45,377 nt of DNA from Eubacteriales Family XIII. Incertae Sedis bacterium (GTDB taxonomy: Bacteria; Bacillota; Clostridia; Peptostreptococcales; Anaerovoracaceae): assembly GCA_031276515.1 (NCBI GenBank), contig JAISMX010000118.1, forward strand, positions 1-45,377. The letters are read 5' to 3'. Under the pieces are notes generated by a model. It did no database searches. It was given only the letters and a program-made list of their open reading frames with translations, and had not been told where the DNA came from. The position numbers were made by a program, and so were the translations under genes. Positions 8,144-16,780 of the stretch are shown here, in pieces (positions within the stretch are counted from its first letter, which is position 1; the number at the start of each line of letters is the position of its first letter).

Positions 8144-8901
8144 TAAAAAACGGGCAACAATTGTCATTTGATAAGCGAAAAGGAGAAAAAGCAAGAAGAT
8201 CGCGTTCAAAAAAGACACTTGCGTATGCGGACTTAAAGCAACTCAATTTGTTCGATTTGGAGAATGAAAAAATTTGCGCTTATCCGGAATTCAAACGAGA
8301 ATACAATATTTCAGGCATTCTTTCCATTTGGTCATTTGTCGGCGGTAAGCTCGACATAATTTTAGGAGATGAGCCAATAAGCGACACACCGAAGACCGAC
8401 ATCACATTGACTTTTTTCGGAACCGTGACGTCAAATATTAGGCAAATCAGAGCATCGGCGCATTGCGCGCTAAATAACGGCGAAGAATTGCGAATTCTTT
8501 GGTCTGAGATACATAGAGCAATAAGCGAAATAACGTCATATGATTCGCTCATACCGCTTTATGGGCATTTTACCGAACCATATCCCAAATTTGAGATTCA
8601 TTTTAGAACTTCATCGACGGCTCAAGCGTCCGTATTTCAAAAACTGGCCTTGGACGGAGGAATGCTGAGCAAAATCCAACCGTATTCGCTTCTTGGAGAT
8701 ATTGATAACAACGTTGATGTTTTCTTGAAATCCATGCGTGAATTTGGATACGATGTTCGCACAAATCATACAAACAGAACAATCCCCGCGCAGCATTTCA
8801 GAATCTGTTATCCATTTACGATGCCCGCTGACGCGAAGAACAATATTGTATGGGCGGGCGGCATGGCGCAAGGTGTTTTATACGGACGAAGATTGTTGTA
8901 A
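8071..8901 (+). pseudogene. Frame-1 ORF that continues the same methyltransferase-like gene with degenerate motifs (or an uncharacterised 276-aa protein)
   Basis: From 8137 it reads LLIKNGQQLSFDKRKGEKARRSRSKKTLAYADLKQLNLFDLENEK. Compare M.HhaI [49 protein letters not shown]: the KxKG-to-EN[VE] spacing is nearly the same (25 versus 26 aa). PC is replaced by GQ and ENV by ENE. Confidence 0.45.
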
Positions 8902-9034
8902 AATATGGGCAAGGGACGAGCGAGGGCGGTCCATTCCGGGAAGCTATAGTATGCGAGGTGCGGATGAGGGAATCAGCATCCCTCTTCTCGCCAAACACGA
9001 TTTATGTTCGGGTTTCTGTTCGGACAATTCCGGT

Positions 9035-9721
9035 ATGCAGGGCAGTCGCGCTGTTGAAAAAATGCGCTCCTTAAAGAGACTCGACGCTGATTTCGATACG
9101 GCGCAGCGGACGGTATTCGACTTGAAGCTCTTTGCCGCAATCGATGTGCGCAAATTCCTTGCGGATACAGCAGACCCCGAACTAACAAAATGTGTCGTTG
9201 CCGCTTGTCTCGACGTTATATTCGCTCCGCATGGTTGTATGCTTGCGGGTGTAGAAGACTATAAAACCGCAGCGGACGCCAGAGCTCGAAAGCCAGGAGA
9301 TCTTTGTGTCGTTTATAATGGAGAACCAAGAATTGCCGTTGAAGTCAAAGATAAAACGCAAACCATAGATTGGAATAACATTGAACGAGCGAAGAAAATC
9401 ATTGATGCCAATGGTGCTGTTCGTGACTTTGTCTTTGTATTGGAGCGAAAGCAGTCGATATCACATCCCATTATTGCCGAAATGTTCTCCGCGCCAAAAT
9501 TCGATAAAGACCCATATAACAGAATATCTATAGTTTCCTTTCAGGATATGTATTTATTGGCTTTATCGATTGCCGACTCTGATGCGATTGCGGCTAAGAC
9601 ATCGGAGTTCATCGCTTTGGCTCCCGCAATCAAACCCGAAACCAAAGACAGATGGATCGATGCCGTAAACAAAGCGATTAACACACAAGCCGAAGAAAAC
9701 GACATGAAGAGCGGGAATTAA
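9035..9721 (+). CDS. Putative PD-(D/E)xK restriction-type endonuclease
   Basis: Candidate ATGs are at 9035 and 9062, and the ORF is open upstream to 8738. The motif is GVEDYK...KPGDLCVVYNGEPRIAVEVKDK, which fits the E...PD...EVK pattern. A terminator lies downstream. Confidence 0.6.
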   Translation: MQGSRAVEKMRSLKRLDADFDTAQRTVFDLKLFAAIDVRKFLADTADPELTKCVVAACLDVIFAPHGCMLAGVEDYKTAADARARKPGDLCVVYNGEPRIAVEVKDKTQTIDWNNIERAKKIIDANGAVRDFVFVLERKQSISHPIIAEMFSAPKFDKDPYNRISIVSFQDMYLLALSIADSDAIAAKTSEFIALAPAIKPETKDRWIDAVNKAINTQAEENDMKSGN

Positions 9722-9781
9722 CCGCATATGCACGGCAATCGTCCATAAAGGTTACGACAAACCAATCGGCCAATACAAACT

Positions 9782-9814
9782 CACTTTCAAATTTAATTTG
9801 AGAGTGTTTTTTTT
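9782..9814 (+). terminator. Rho-independent terminator at the end of the AT-rich islet
   Basis: The stem is CACTTTCAAA / TTTGAGAGTG, the loop is TTTAA, and a T8 run follows. Confidence 0.65.
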
Positions 9815-9902
9815 GCCAAACGCAAAGGCCGCCGGCGAAGCCGCAGCGAAGCGGTATTTTGAAGTAAATGCATTTTATTTGAAAATATTTCTAAAAATGT
9901 TC

Positions 9903-9931
9903 TTGACATGAATAATAAACAGTGATATGAT
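9903..9931 (+). promoter_or_regulatory. Strong SigA-type promoter of the tad/flp operon
   Basis: TTGACA (9903-9908), 17-nt spacer, TGaTATGAT (hexamer 9926-9931). Confidence 0.6.
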
Positions 9932-9954
9932 TCAATTGCAAAATACATGGAGAT

Positions 9955-11142
9955 ATGGAAATGATATCAATATTGCTGTTGGATGAAGATCGAGAATACG
10001 TGACCTTGCTTGCGCAAAGGCTCGCCGCTGCCGGCCGCGAGTTTTCGGTGACGGCGGGCGCGCCGCCCATGCAAGCCGCGCCGCCCGCCCCGGAGACTTC
10101 CGCGGGTGAGCCGCGCGCGGAAGCGACGTATGACTTTGTCATACTGGGCGAGAGCGCGGCGAAGGCAAACCTCGCGCGAGAGACGGGCTTCGGCGAAGCG
10201 CGGACGGTCCTCCTCTGCGAATCCGGCGATGCGACTTTGGGCGGACGCGGATTTTTGAGAGCGGAACGTTTCGGCCGAGTCAGCGCTCTCGCCGCACTGC
10301 TCCGCGCGGAACACGCGGCGCTGCACGGGAACGGCGGCTTTCCGCAGAGTCTCGGCGGCGCCGTGAAGTACATCGGATGCTTTGGGCTCGGCGGTTGCTG
10401 CGGCGCCTCTTCGGTCGCGATAGGCCTCGGCAGGGAACTCGCCGCGCACGCCGGCAGACGCGCGCTCTACGTGAGCCTCGAGACCTTGGAAGCGGAGAGC
10501 CTGTGCGTGCGCAGGGCGGAGGGCGATAGGCATATCGGCGATTTCATGTACCTGATGCTGCGCAAGCGGGACGCGGATCTGCGCATGTTTCTCGAAGCCT
10601 GCCTGTTTCGGGACAGCCACGGGCTGGCGCGCTTCTTTCCATCTCCGGGGCCGAACGACCTCGCCCGCGCCTCTTTGGAAGAACGCGGCGATTTCTTTCG
10701 ATTCATCGACGCTTGCGGCGCTTTTGACGCGGTCGTTCTGGATTTGGGGAGCGAGTGCAACGATCTCGCGCTTGGAGCCGCACAGCTGTGCGACGCGCTG
10801 ATTCTCGTCGAGAACGCCGGCGTCGCCGATGCGGGCAAACGCGCGCGCGCGGCGGCGCTCCTGCGCGCGGCTTGGCGGCGAGACGGCGGCGAGAATCCCC
10901 TCCGCGTGAAGAATCTGGCGCGCTTCTCCTACGGCGCGGACGAGGAGGAGGCCGCGGAAGCGGTTCGGGAGGCCGTCGCGGCGAAGCCGGCGTCCGAGGA
11001 GGAAGAGGCGATGATCGAAATCGGCTACGACAGCGCGAGCTTTCGGCGTTTTGACGGCGTGACGGACTTCGTGCTGTCCAATGAATTCGGACTCGGCATA
11101 CGCAAGCTGGCCGCCGCTCTGCCGGCGCGCGTCTTTGAATAG
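9955..11142 (+). CDS. TadZ/CpaE-like pilus-assembly protein (receiver-like N-domain plus ParA/MinD-like domain)
   Basis: The N-terminus is (ME)MISILLLDEDREYVTLLAQRL. The atypical P-loop is IGCFGLGGCCGASSVAIGLG. It sits directly upstream of cpaF. The true start may be ATG 9961, which has better spacing to GGAGA at 9949-9953. Confidence 0.7.
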   Translation: MEMISILLLDEDREYVTLLAQRLAAAGREFSVTAGAPPMQAAPPAPETSAGEPRAEATYDFVILGESAAKANLARETGFGEARTVLLCESGDATLGGRGFLRAERFGRVSALAALLRAEHAALHGNGGFPQSLGGAVKYIGCFGLGGCCGASSVAIGLGRELAAHAGRRALYVSLETLEAESLCVRRAEGDRHIGDFMYLMLRKRDADLRMFLEACLFRDSHGLARFFPSPGPNDLARASLEERGDFFRFIDACGAFDAVVLDLGSECNDLALGAAQLCDALILVENAGVADAGKRARAAALLRAAWRRDGGENPLRVKNLARFSYGADEEEAAEAVREAVAAKPASEEEEAMIEIGYDSASFRRFDGVTDFVLSNEFGLGIRKLAAALPARVFE

Positions 11143-11145
11143 GCG

Positions 11146-12396
11146 ATGGGCGAAATGAACAAAAACGAAATGGGAAAAAGCGAAATGGACAAAGCGGAAC
11201 TCGTGAAAGAAATAACAAACACCATGCGCGAGCGCGTCGGCGCCATGCAAGGCGACGGCGGCGACGAGGCCGTGTTCGCGTCCATAGAGGACTTCGTGCT
11301 GCGCCACGCCGAGGCGGAGACGCTGCCCGCGAAGGAGAAGGCCGACCTGATCGACGCCGTGTTCTGCCGCATACGCAAGGATTTGAGCATTTTACAGCCC
11401 CTCGCGGACGACCGCGCGGTCTCGGAAATCATGGTGAACGGCAGGGATCGCGTATTCATCGAGAAGAACGGACGCGTCGTCGAAACGGATATGCGCTTTG
11501 AAAGCACGGAGGAATTGGAAGAAATCATCCGCCGCATTGCCTCCGGCGTACACAGGGAGATCAACGAGCTGAACCCCATATTGGACGCCCGTCTCGGCGA
11601 CGGCTCGCGCGTGAACGCGGTATACAAGAATGTGGCGCTGAACGGGCCGATTCTGACGATACGAAAATTTCCGGAAAACCGCATCGCGATGGACGACCTG
11701 CTGGCGTTTGAAACGATCACGGAAGAGGCCGCTGAATTCCTGCGCGTGCTCGTCGAATGCGCGTACAACATCTTCATCAGCGGCGGCACGAGCTCGGGCA
11801 AGACCACGTTTTTGAACGTGCTGTCGAACTACATACCGGCGGATGAGCGCATCATCGTCATAGAGGATTCCGCGGAGCTTCAGATCACGGCGATTCGCAA
11901 CATCGTGCGCCTCGAATGCCGCAACGCGAACGTGCAGGGCAAGGGGGAGGTCAGCATGCGCCAACTGATCAAATCGAGCCTGCGCATGCGCCCGAACCGC
12001 ATCATCGTCGGGGAGGTGCGCGGCGAGGAGGTTCTCGATATGATACAAGCCATGAACACGGGCCACGACGGTTCGCTTTCCACAGGCCACGGCAATTCGC
12101 CCAAGGGCATGATTTGCAGGCTCGAAGCCATGTATTTGCAGGCCGCCGACTTTCCGGCCGAGGCCATCCGCCGGCAGATATCGGAGGCGATAGAGATCCT
12201 GGTGCATCTGGGCAGATCCGCGGACGGCCGCAGACGCGTGCTCGAAATCTGCGAGGTGACGGGCATGACGGGCGGGGAAATCAATCTGAATTCCCTGTTT
12301 AAATACGAGGCGGGGCGGGGGCTGAAAGCCACCGGCGCCGCCCTGCGAAACGATGCGAAATTGAAGATGCGAGGAGGCGCGCTGCGATATGCCTGA
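11146..12396 (+). CDS. cpaF: CpaF/TadA-family type II/IV secretion ATPase
   Basis: Walker A is ISGGTSSGKTTFLN, Walker B is RIIVIEDSAEL, and the His box is MNTGHDGSLSTGHGNS. Confidence 0.9.
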   Translation: MGEMNKNEMGKSEMDKAELVKEITNTMRERVGAMQGDGGDEAVFASIEDFVLRHAEAETLPAKEKADLIDAVFCRIRKDLSILQPLADDRAVSEIMVNGRDRVFIEKNGRVVETDMRFESTEELEEIIRRIASGVHREINELNPILDARLGDGSRVNAVYKNVALNGPILTIRKFPENRIAMDDLLAFETITEEAAEFLRVLVECAYNIFISGGTSSGKTTFLNVLSNYIPADERIIVIEDSAELQITAIRNIVRLECRNANVQGKGEVSMRQLIKSSLRMRPNRIIVGEVRGEEVLDMIQAMNTGHDGSLSTGHGNSPKGMICRLEAMYLQAADFPAEAIRRQISEAIEILVHLGRSADGRRRVLEICEVTGMTGGEINLNSLFKYEAGRGLKATGAALRNDAKLKMRGGALRYA

Positions 12397-13138
12397 CTAC
12401 AACAACTATGAAATGACGCCAAAGGAGACGCGGCGATATTACTTGGTCGCGGCGCTGATGTCGCTGCTCGCGGGGTGGATTTTCTACCGGAGCTTCGTCT
12501 GCTCCGCGCTGCTTGGCCTTTTGGTCTTTCCGTGCAAACGCCTGTATCTGCGGCGCTTGGCGGAGAAGCGAAGGAGCGCGCTCGGGATCTCGTTTCGCGA
12601 TCTGCTCTATTCGCTGTCGGCTTCGTTTTCGACGGGGCGGCAGATGCCGGAGGCTCTCAGGGAGGGTCTTGCGGCCATGCGCCTCGTCTATCCGGACGAC
12701 GCGCCCATCGTGCGCGAACTCGCGCACATGACCGCGCGCATCTTTGAAGGCAGGGACGACGAGGCGGCCGTGCTCGACGATTTCGCGAAGCGCAGCCACA
12801 GCGAGGACATTCGCAATTTCGTGGACGCCTATTTCATATGCCGCGATACGGGCGGGGACATGGAAGCCATGGTCGTGAAAGCGTCGGCCCTGATCATTGA
12901 CAAGATCGAGATTCAAAAGGAGCTCAAGACGCTTACGGCGCAAAAAAGGCTGGAGGGCAACATCCTGCTGCTGCTTCCCGGCGTCATGCTCCTGTGTCTC
13001 GGTGTGTTTTCTCCGGATTACGTCGCGGCCCTCTACGACGGGCCTGCGGGTAGGCTCGTCATGACGGCGGCGCTGGGTCTGATGGCACTGTCCCACGTTT
13101 TGAGTCTGCGTCTCACGAATTTTGAGACGCTTCGATGA
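12389..13138 (+). CDS. TadB-like type II secretion system F-family membrane protein
   Basis: 249 aa with an N-terminal TM segment, a cytoplasmic helical domain and C-terminal TM segments. It overlaps cpaF by 8 nt. Confidence 0.75.
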   Translation: MPDYNNYEMTPKETRRYYLVAALMSLLAGWIFYRSFVCSALLGLLVFPCKRLYLRRLAEKRRSALGISFRDLLYSLSASFSTGRQMPEALREGLAAMRLVYPDDAPIVRELAHMTARIFEGRDDEAAVLDDFAKRSHSEDIRNFVDAYFICRDTGGDMEAMVVKASALIIDKIEIQKELKTLTAQKRLEGNILLLLPGVMLLCLGVFSPDYVAALYDGPAGRLVMTAALGLMALSHVLSLRLTNFETLR

Positions 13139-14553
13139 AAAGGAGGTCGATGCGCGTGAAGGAAATTTTCAAACGGCGGCGGGAGCGCGCGGCGCGCGGC
13201 GCGAAGCCGGGATTGGTGTCGAGGCTTGCGGACCTGATGCCGCAGGCGCTGACCGGAAGCGCGGAAGAGATGGAAAGGCGTTTGCAATCGGCCTTCGGAA
13301 ACGATGCGTTTCACGAGTGGGTCGAAGCGGCGCGACACAGGAACGCGATGCATTGGCTCATTTGCGCGGTTCTAACGCTTCTGCTGCTCGCGACGCTCGC
13401 CGTGCAGCTCGCCCGGAGCGGCGAGCCTCTAATCGCCGTCGAACGGCCGCCGTATCCCTCCGCGCCCCTGCGCGTAAACGCCGCGGTGGAGGCCGAATAC
13501 GGGGACGCTTCGGTCAAGCGCAAGGTGGAATTGACGGTGCGGCCCAAGGAGCTTGCGGACGATGAGAAGCGCGCGCGCGTAGAGGCGACCGCGCAGAGGT
13601 TGCCGCGCTTGATACTCGGCGAAAACGAAAGCCTGTCGGCCGTGGAATCGGATCTGAAGCTGCCGGCGTTCGATGAAGAAACCGGCGTCGCCATATCGTG
13701 GGCGTCCGAAACTCCGGAAATTCTCGGCGACGACGGCGTCCTGAACAGGGTGACCGGCGGGGAAGGGGACGGCTTCGCTCTCAAGGCGCGGCTGCGTCTC
13801 GGCAATATCGGCGAGGAAGTGAAAATAGAGGGCGCGCTGGGAGGCGGCCCGGTTTCAACCGAAAGCGTCGCGGAGGACGTCGCGGACGTTCTGGCGGATA
13901 CCGTGGAAGCCTTGAACGCTTCCTCGGAAGGCGACGCCCTGACGCTGCCGCTTGCGGACGCGCACGGCGTGCGCTACCGCTGGGAAGGCGGCGCCCGGGA
14001 CGCGCACATCCCCGAACTGCTGGCCCTCGCGGCCTTTGGCGTCATGCTGTACCTGCGCCGCTACGGCGCGATAGACAAACGCATAAAGGCGTCGCGGCGG
14101 AGCATGATCAAGGATTTTCCGGAGTTCATAGACAAGCTGCTCCTGATGCTGAACGCCGGACTGGTGGTGTCGGCGGCCATCTCGCGCATCGCCGCCGACT
14201 ACGAGCGCCGCAGGGACGCAAAAAATCCGCGCCGTCTCTACGAGGAGCTCGCGGCGATACGTCGGCGGGTGGAGAACTCGAACGCGTCGCTGTCCGTCGA
14301 ATTGAACCGCATGGCGGCGCGCAGCGGCGTTCGCGAGCTGATGCGCTTCGCGGCCGTCGTGTCCGACAACATCGACAAGGGCAGCGCTTTGGCGGAAAAG
14401 CTGAAAGCGGAGGGTGAGCTCGTGTGGAAGCTGCGCAAGAAGGACACGGAGGAGGCGGGAAGGCTGGCGGAAACGAAGATGATCCTGCCGATGACGCTGA
14501 CGCTGCTGACGTTGATCCTGCTCACGATGGCGCCCGCCGTGCTCGACATGTGA
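13135..14553 (+). CDS. TadC-like T2SS-F-family membrane protein with a ~200-aa extracytoplasmic N-terminal insert
   Basis: 472 aa. The C-terminal part (FPEFIDKLLLMLNAGLVVSAAISRIA...) is T2SSF-like. It has a 4-nt overlap with tadB. Confidence 0.7.
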   Translation: MKRRSMRVKEIFKRRRERAARGAKPGLVSRLADLMPQALTGSAEEMERRLQSAFGNDAFHEWVEAARHRNAMHWLICAVLTLLLLATLAVQLARSGEPLIAVERPPYPSAPLRVNAAVEAEYGDASVKRKVELTVRPKELADDEKRARVEATAQRLPRLILGENESLSAVESDLKLPAFDEETGVAISWASETPEILGDDGVLNRVTGGEGDGFALKARLRLGNIGEEVKIEGALGGGPVSTESVAEDVADVLADTVEALNASSEGDALTLPLADAHGVRYRWEGGARDAHIPELLALAAFGVMLYLRRYGAIDKRIKASRRSMIKDFPEFIDKLLLMLNAGLVVSAAISRIAADYERRRDAKNPRRLYEELAAIRRRVENSNASLSVELNRMAARSGVRELMRFAAVVSDNIDKGSALAEKLKAEGELVWKLRKKDTEEAGRLAETKMILPMTLTLLTLILLTMAPAVLDM

Positions 14554-14590
14554 TGCTGTGACGCGCCCGGAACCCGATCCATGGCAATAA

Positions 14591-14619
14591 TTGGATTGAT
14601 GTGGGTCGGTTGCCATAAT
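14591..14619 (+). promoter_or_regulatory. Possible internal promoter for the pilin gene
   Basis: TTGGAT (14591-14596), 17-nt spacer, TGcCATAAT (hexamer 14614-14619), in the 100-nt gap before flp. Confidence 0.35.
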
Positions 14620-14655
14620 TTAAAAAATCGCAAGGGAAATGAAAGGAGATTTACA

Positions 14656-14799
14656 ATGAAGAACAGCAAAAAAGGGATGGAATTGGTACAGGTTGGCATA
14701 CTCATCGGCATCGCGGTCTTTCTCGGCTTGATTTTCAAGACGCAGATCGGCGATTTCATCAACGGCGTGTTCAACAGCCTGATGGGGGCCGGATTCTGA
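14656..14799 (+). CDS. flp: Flp-family type IVb pilin precursor
   Basis: 47 aa: MKNSKKG/MELVQVGILIGIAVFLGLIF... The RBS is GAAAGGAG at 14641-14648. It has a basic leader, then Gly, then a hydrophobic helix. Confidence 0.75.
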   Translation: MKNSKKGMELVQVGILIGIAVFLGLIFKTQIGDFINGVFNSLMGAGF

Positions 14800-15320
14800 T
14801 GCGCGGCCGCGCGCTTTTCGGAAAGCGTTCCGGCGTTTGCGGCGGCTTCCTTGGGAAGCCGCCGCGGGGCGCGCGGGGCGGCAAGCGAGGCACGGCGATG
14901 GTCGAAGCGGCCGTCGTCTTTCCGCTCGTGATCGCTTCGGTGATGGCGGTCGTCTATCTGATGATCGATCTGTATTGTTTCACGGCGCTGCGTTCCCACC
15001 TGCACGTGGCGCTGCGCGCCGAGGCGGATGCGGAGACGGGCTTGAGCGAGGTCGTTATCGCCGACGGCCGCGTCCGCGACCGCTATCGCGCCGCCGCCGA
15101 GCGGCGCGGCATATCTCCGGAACATCGGCGCAAGGGATTGTTCAATCCTTATGTGGCGGCGGAGGAAAGCAAGAGCTACGGAGGAAACGCCATGATCGAG
15201 CGCGGCGTGACGCGGAAGCATTTCGGGCGCTTCTACGTGCTCGACGAGGTGAGCTTCGTACGGAATCTGTCGCTTGTGACGAGCGTGGCGGACGGAGGCG
15301 GTGGCGGCGATGAAGAGTAG
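14799..15320 (+). CDS. TadE-like pseudopilin / pilus assembly protein
   Basis: It carries the TadE N-terminal motif RGTAMVEAAVVFPLVIASVMAVVYL. The ATG overlaps the flp stop. Confidence 0.7.
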   Translation: MRGRALFGKRSGVCGGFLGKPPRGARGGKRGTAMVEAAVVFPLVIASVMAVVYLMIDLYCFTALRSHLHVALRAEADAETGLSEVVIADGRVRDRYRAAAERRGISPEHRRKGLFNPYVAAEESKSYGGNAMIERGVTRKHFGRFYVLDEVSFVRNLSLVTSVADGGGGGDEE

Positions 15321-16779
15321 GGAAGGCACGGCAAAAGGGCCGGCCCGCGGAAGCGGCGCGCCCACCGCGCAAGCAGCGCCGCGCGCGGTCTGCGCGATGC
15401 GTTCGGTCTGCGCGCTTAAAAGCAGAAGGGGTTCGTCCGCCGTCTTTCTCGTGATGATCCTGTCCGCCATGCTGCTCCTCGCCGGCACGCTGATCGGCGC
15501 GGCGGGATTGACGGCCGGAAAGAGCTGCGGCGATCTCGCGTTTCGCATGGCCGGCCGCTCTCTGCTCGCGGAATACGACAGAAGACTCTATGCGGATTAC
15601 GGTCTGTTCGCCATGCGAAGCAACGAAACGGAGGCCGCGCGCAAACTGACGCACTACGTCGACGCCGCCTTGAAAAACGGCGGGCGAGCCGGCGCCGTAT
15701 GGCTGATTCCCTTCGATGTAAAAGATCTGCGCGTGCATTTGAGCGATTTTTCGCTGATCGACGCCGATACCTTTGAAAAGCAGATATTGGACGATATTAA
15801 ATTCATTATGCTAAACAAACTCGCGGACAAGCTCCGCCCCGCCGCGGACGCAAACGGCACGGAAGCCGCGAACCCGCGAACCATCAACAATCAAGCGGTG
15901 TTGAACAGTCTGCCGTCCAAGGGTTTGGGCGGAGGCGGACCGTCGGTCTTTTCCATGCTCGCCTCGGGTCTGCCCTCCGCCGGCGACCTATTGAGCGGCG
16001 GGACGGATTCCTTCTTCGTTTCGGAGTATATCATGGCCCGATTCGCGCACGCTTACGAAGCCGTTCCGAATCTCGCGGCGGGACACGCGCGCTTCTTTCA
16101 AAACGAAGTGGAGTACGTCTTGATCGGCGGCCGCGACGACGCGGAGAACTTGAAGGCCGTCGAAGGCAGACTGCGCTTGCTCCGTTTCGCTTTGAACGAG
16201 GTCTGCGTCCACGGCAACGCCGAATTGTCCTCGCGGGTTGACATGCTTGTGGCGGCATTGGCGGCCGTATTGGAGGGCGTGCCGCCGCCGATTCTCAAGG
16301 AACTCGTATTGGCGGCTTGGGTCGCCTTGGAAACGGAGAACGATTTGAAGCTGCTCCGCACGGGGCGAAAGGTGGCTCTTATAAAAAACACCGCAAATTG
16401 GGCCGTAGGCATTGATAAGGTTCCCGCGGTCATAGGCTCGTATTTCAAAAGCGCCGCAAGCGACGAAGACATGCCTCCCGACATAAGCGAAACGTCGGAG
16501 AACGCGTCCCGTTTCACGGAGGCGGTCGAACCGAGCGACAAAAGCGGCTTCTCTTACGGCGAGTATCTGCGCATATTCCTCTTTTTCGCGTCGAGGGAGA
16601 ACAAGCTGCTGCGCAGCATGGATTTGATACAGATCAACATGAAGACGGGATATTATGAGTCTTTTTTGATCCGTGAACACTATACGGGTCTGCGCTTCGA
16701 TTTTGTCATGAATGGGGATCGCTGCGCATACAGGCAAAGCTACGACGCGCCGGACGGGCAAGCGGAAAGGCGATCTTAG
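15301..16779 (+). CDS. TadG-like / large Tad-associated membrane-anchored protein
   Basis: 492 aa. The N-terminal anchor is RRGSSAVFLVMILSAMLLLAGTLIGAAG, of TadG-like N-terminal type. It overlaps the upstream gene by 20 nt. Confidence 0.6.
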   Translation: MAAMKSREGTAKGPARGSGAPTAQAAPRAVCAMRSVCALKSRRGSSAVFLVMILSAMLLLAGTLIGAAGLTAGKSCGDLAFRMAGRSLLAEYDRRLYADYGLFAMRSNETEAARKLTHYVDAALKNGGRAGAVWLIPFDVKDLRVHLSDFSLIDADTFEKQILDDIKFIMLNKLADKLRPAADANGTEAANPRTINNQAVLNSLPSKGLGGGGPSVFSMLASGLPSAGDLLSGGTDSFFVSEYIMARFAHAYEAVPNLAAGHARFFQNEVEYVLIGGRDDAENLKAVEGRLRLLRFALNEVCVHGNAELSSRVDMLVAALAAVLEGVPPPILKELVLAAWVALETENDLKLLRTGRKVALIKNTANWAVGIDKVPAVIGSYFKSAASDEDMPPDISETSENASRFTEAVEPSDKSGFSYGEYLRIFLFFASRENKLLRSMDLIQINMKTGYYESFLIREHYTGLRFDFVMNGDRCAYRQSYDAPDGQAERRS

Positions 16780-16780
16780 G

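Noticed and set aside
9719-9726. TAACCGCA at the nuclease stop codon matches 7 nt of the tRNA-Leu(GAG) 3' end (CAACCGCA). I considered it a possible attR remnant.
   Set aside because: A 7-8 nt match is too short to distinguish from chance without comparative data. It is mentioned only as a place to look.
10703-11218. Arg/Pro/Ser-rich ORFs overlapping the tadZ-like gene (171 aa on the minus strand at 10703-11218, 99 aa on the plus strand at 10755-11054).
   Set aside because: They are compositional artefacts of a very G+C-rich stretch. The tadZ-like frame is supported by operon context and a ParA-like core.
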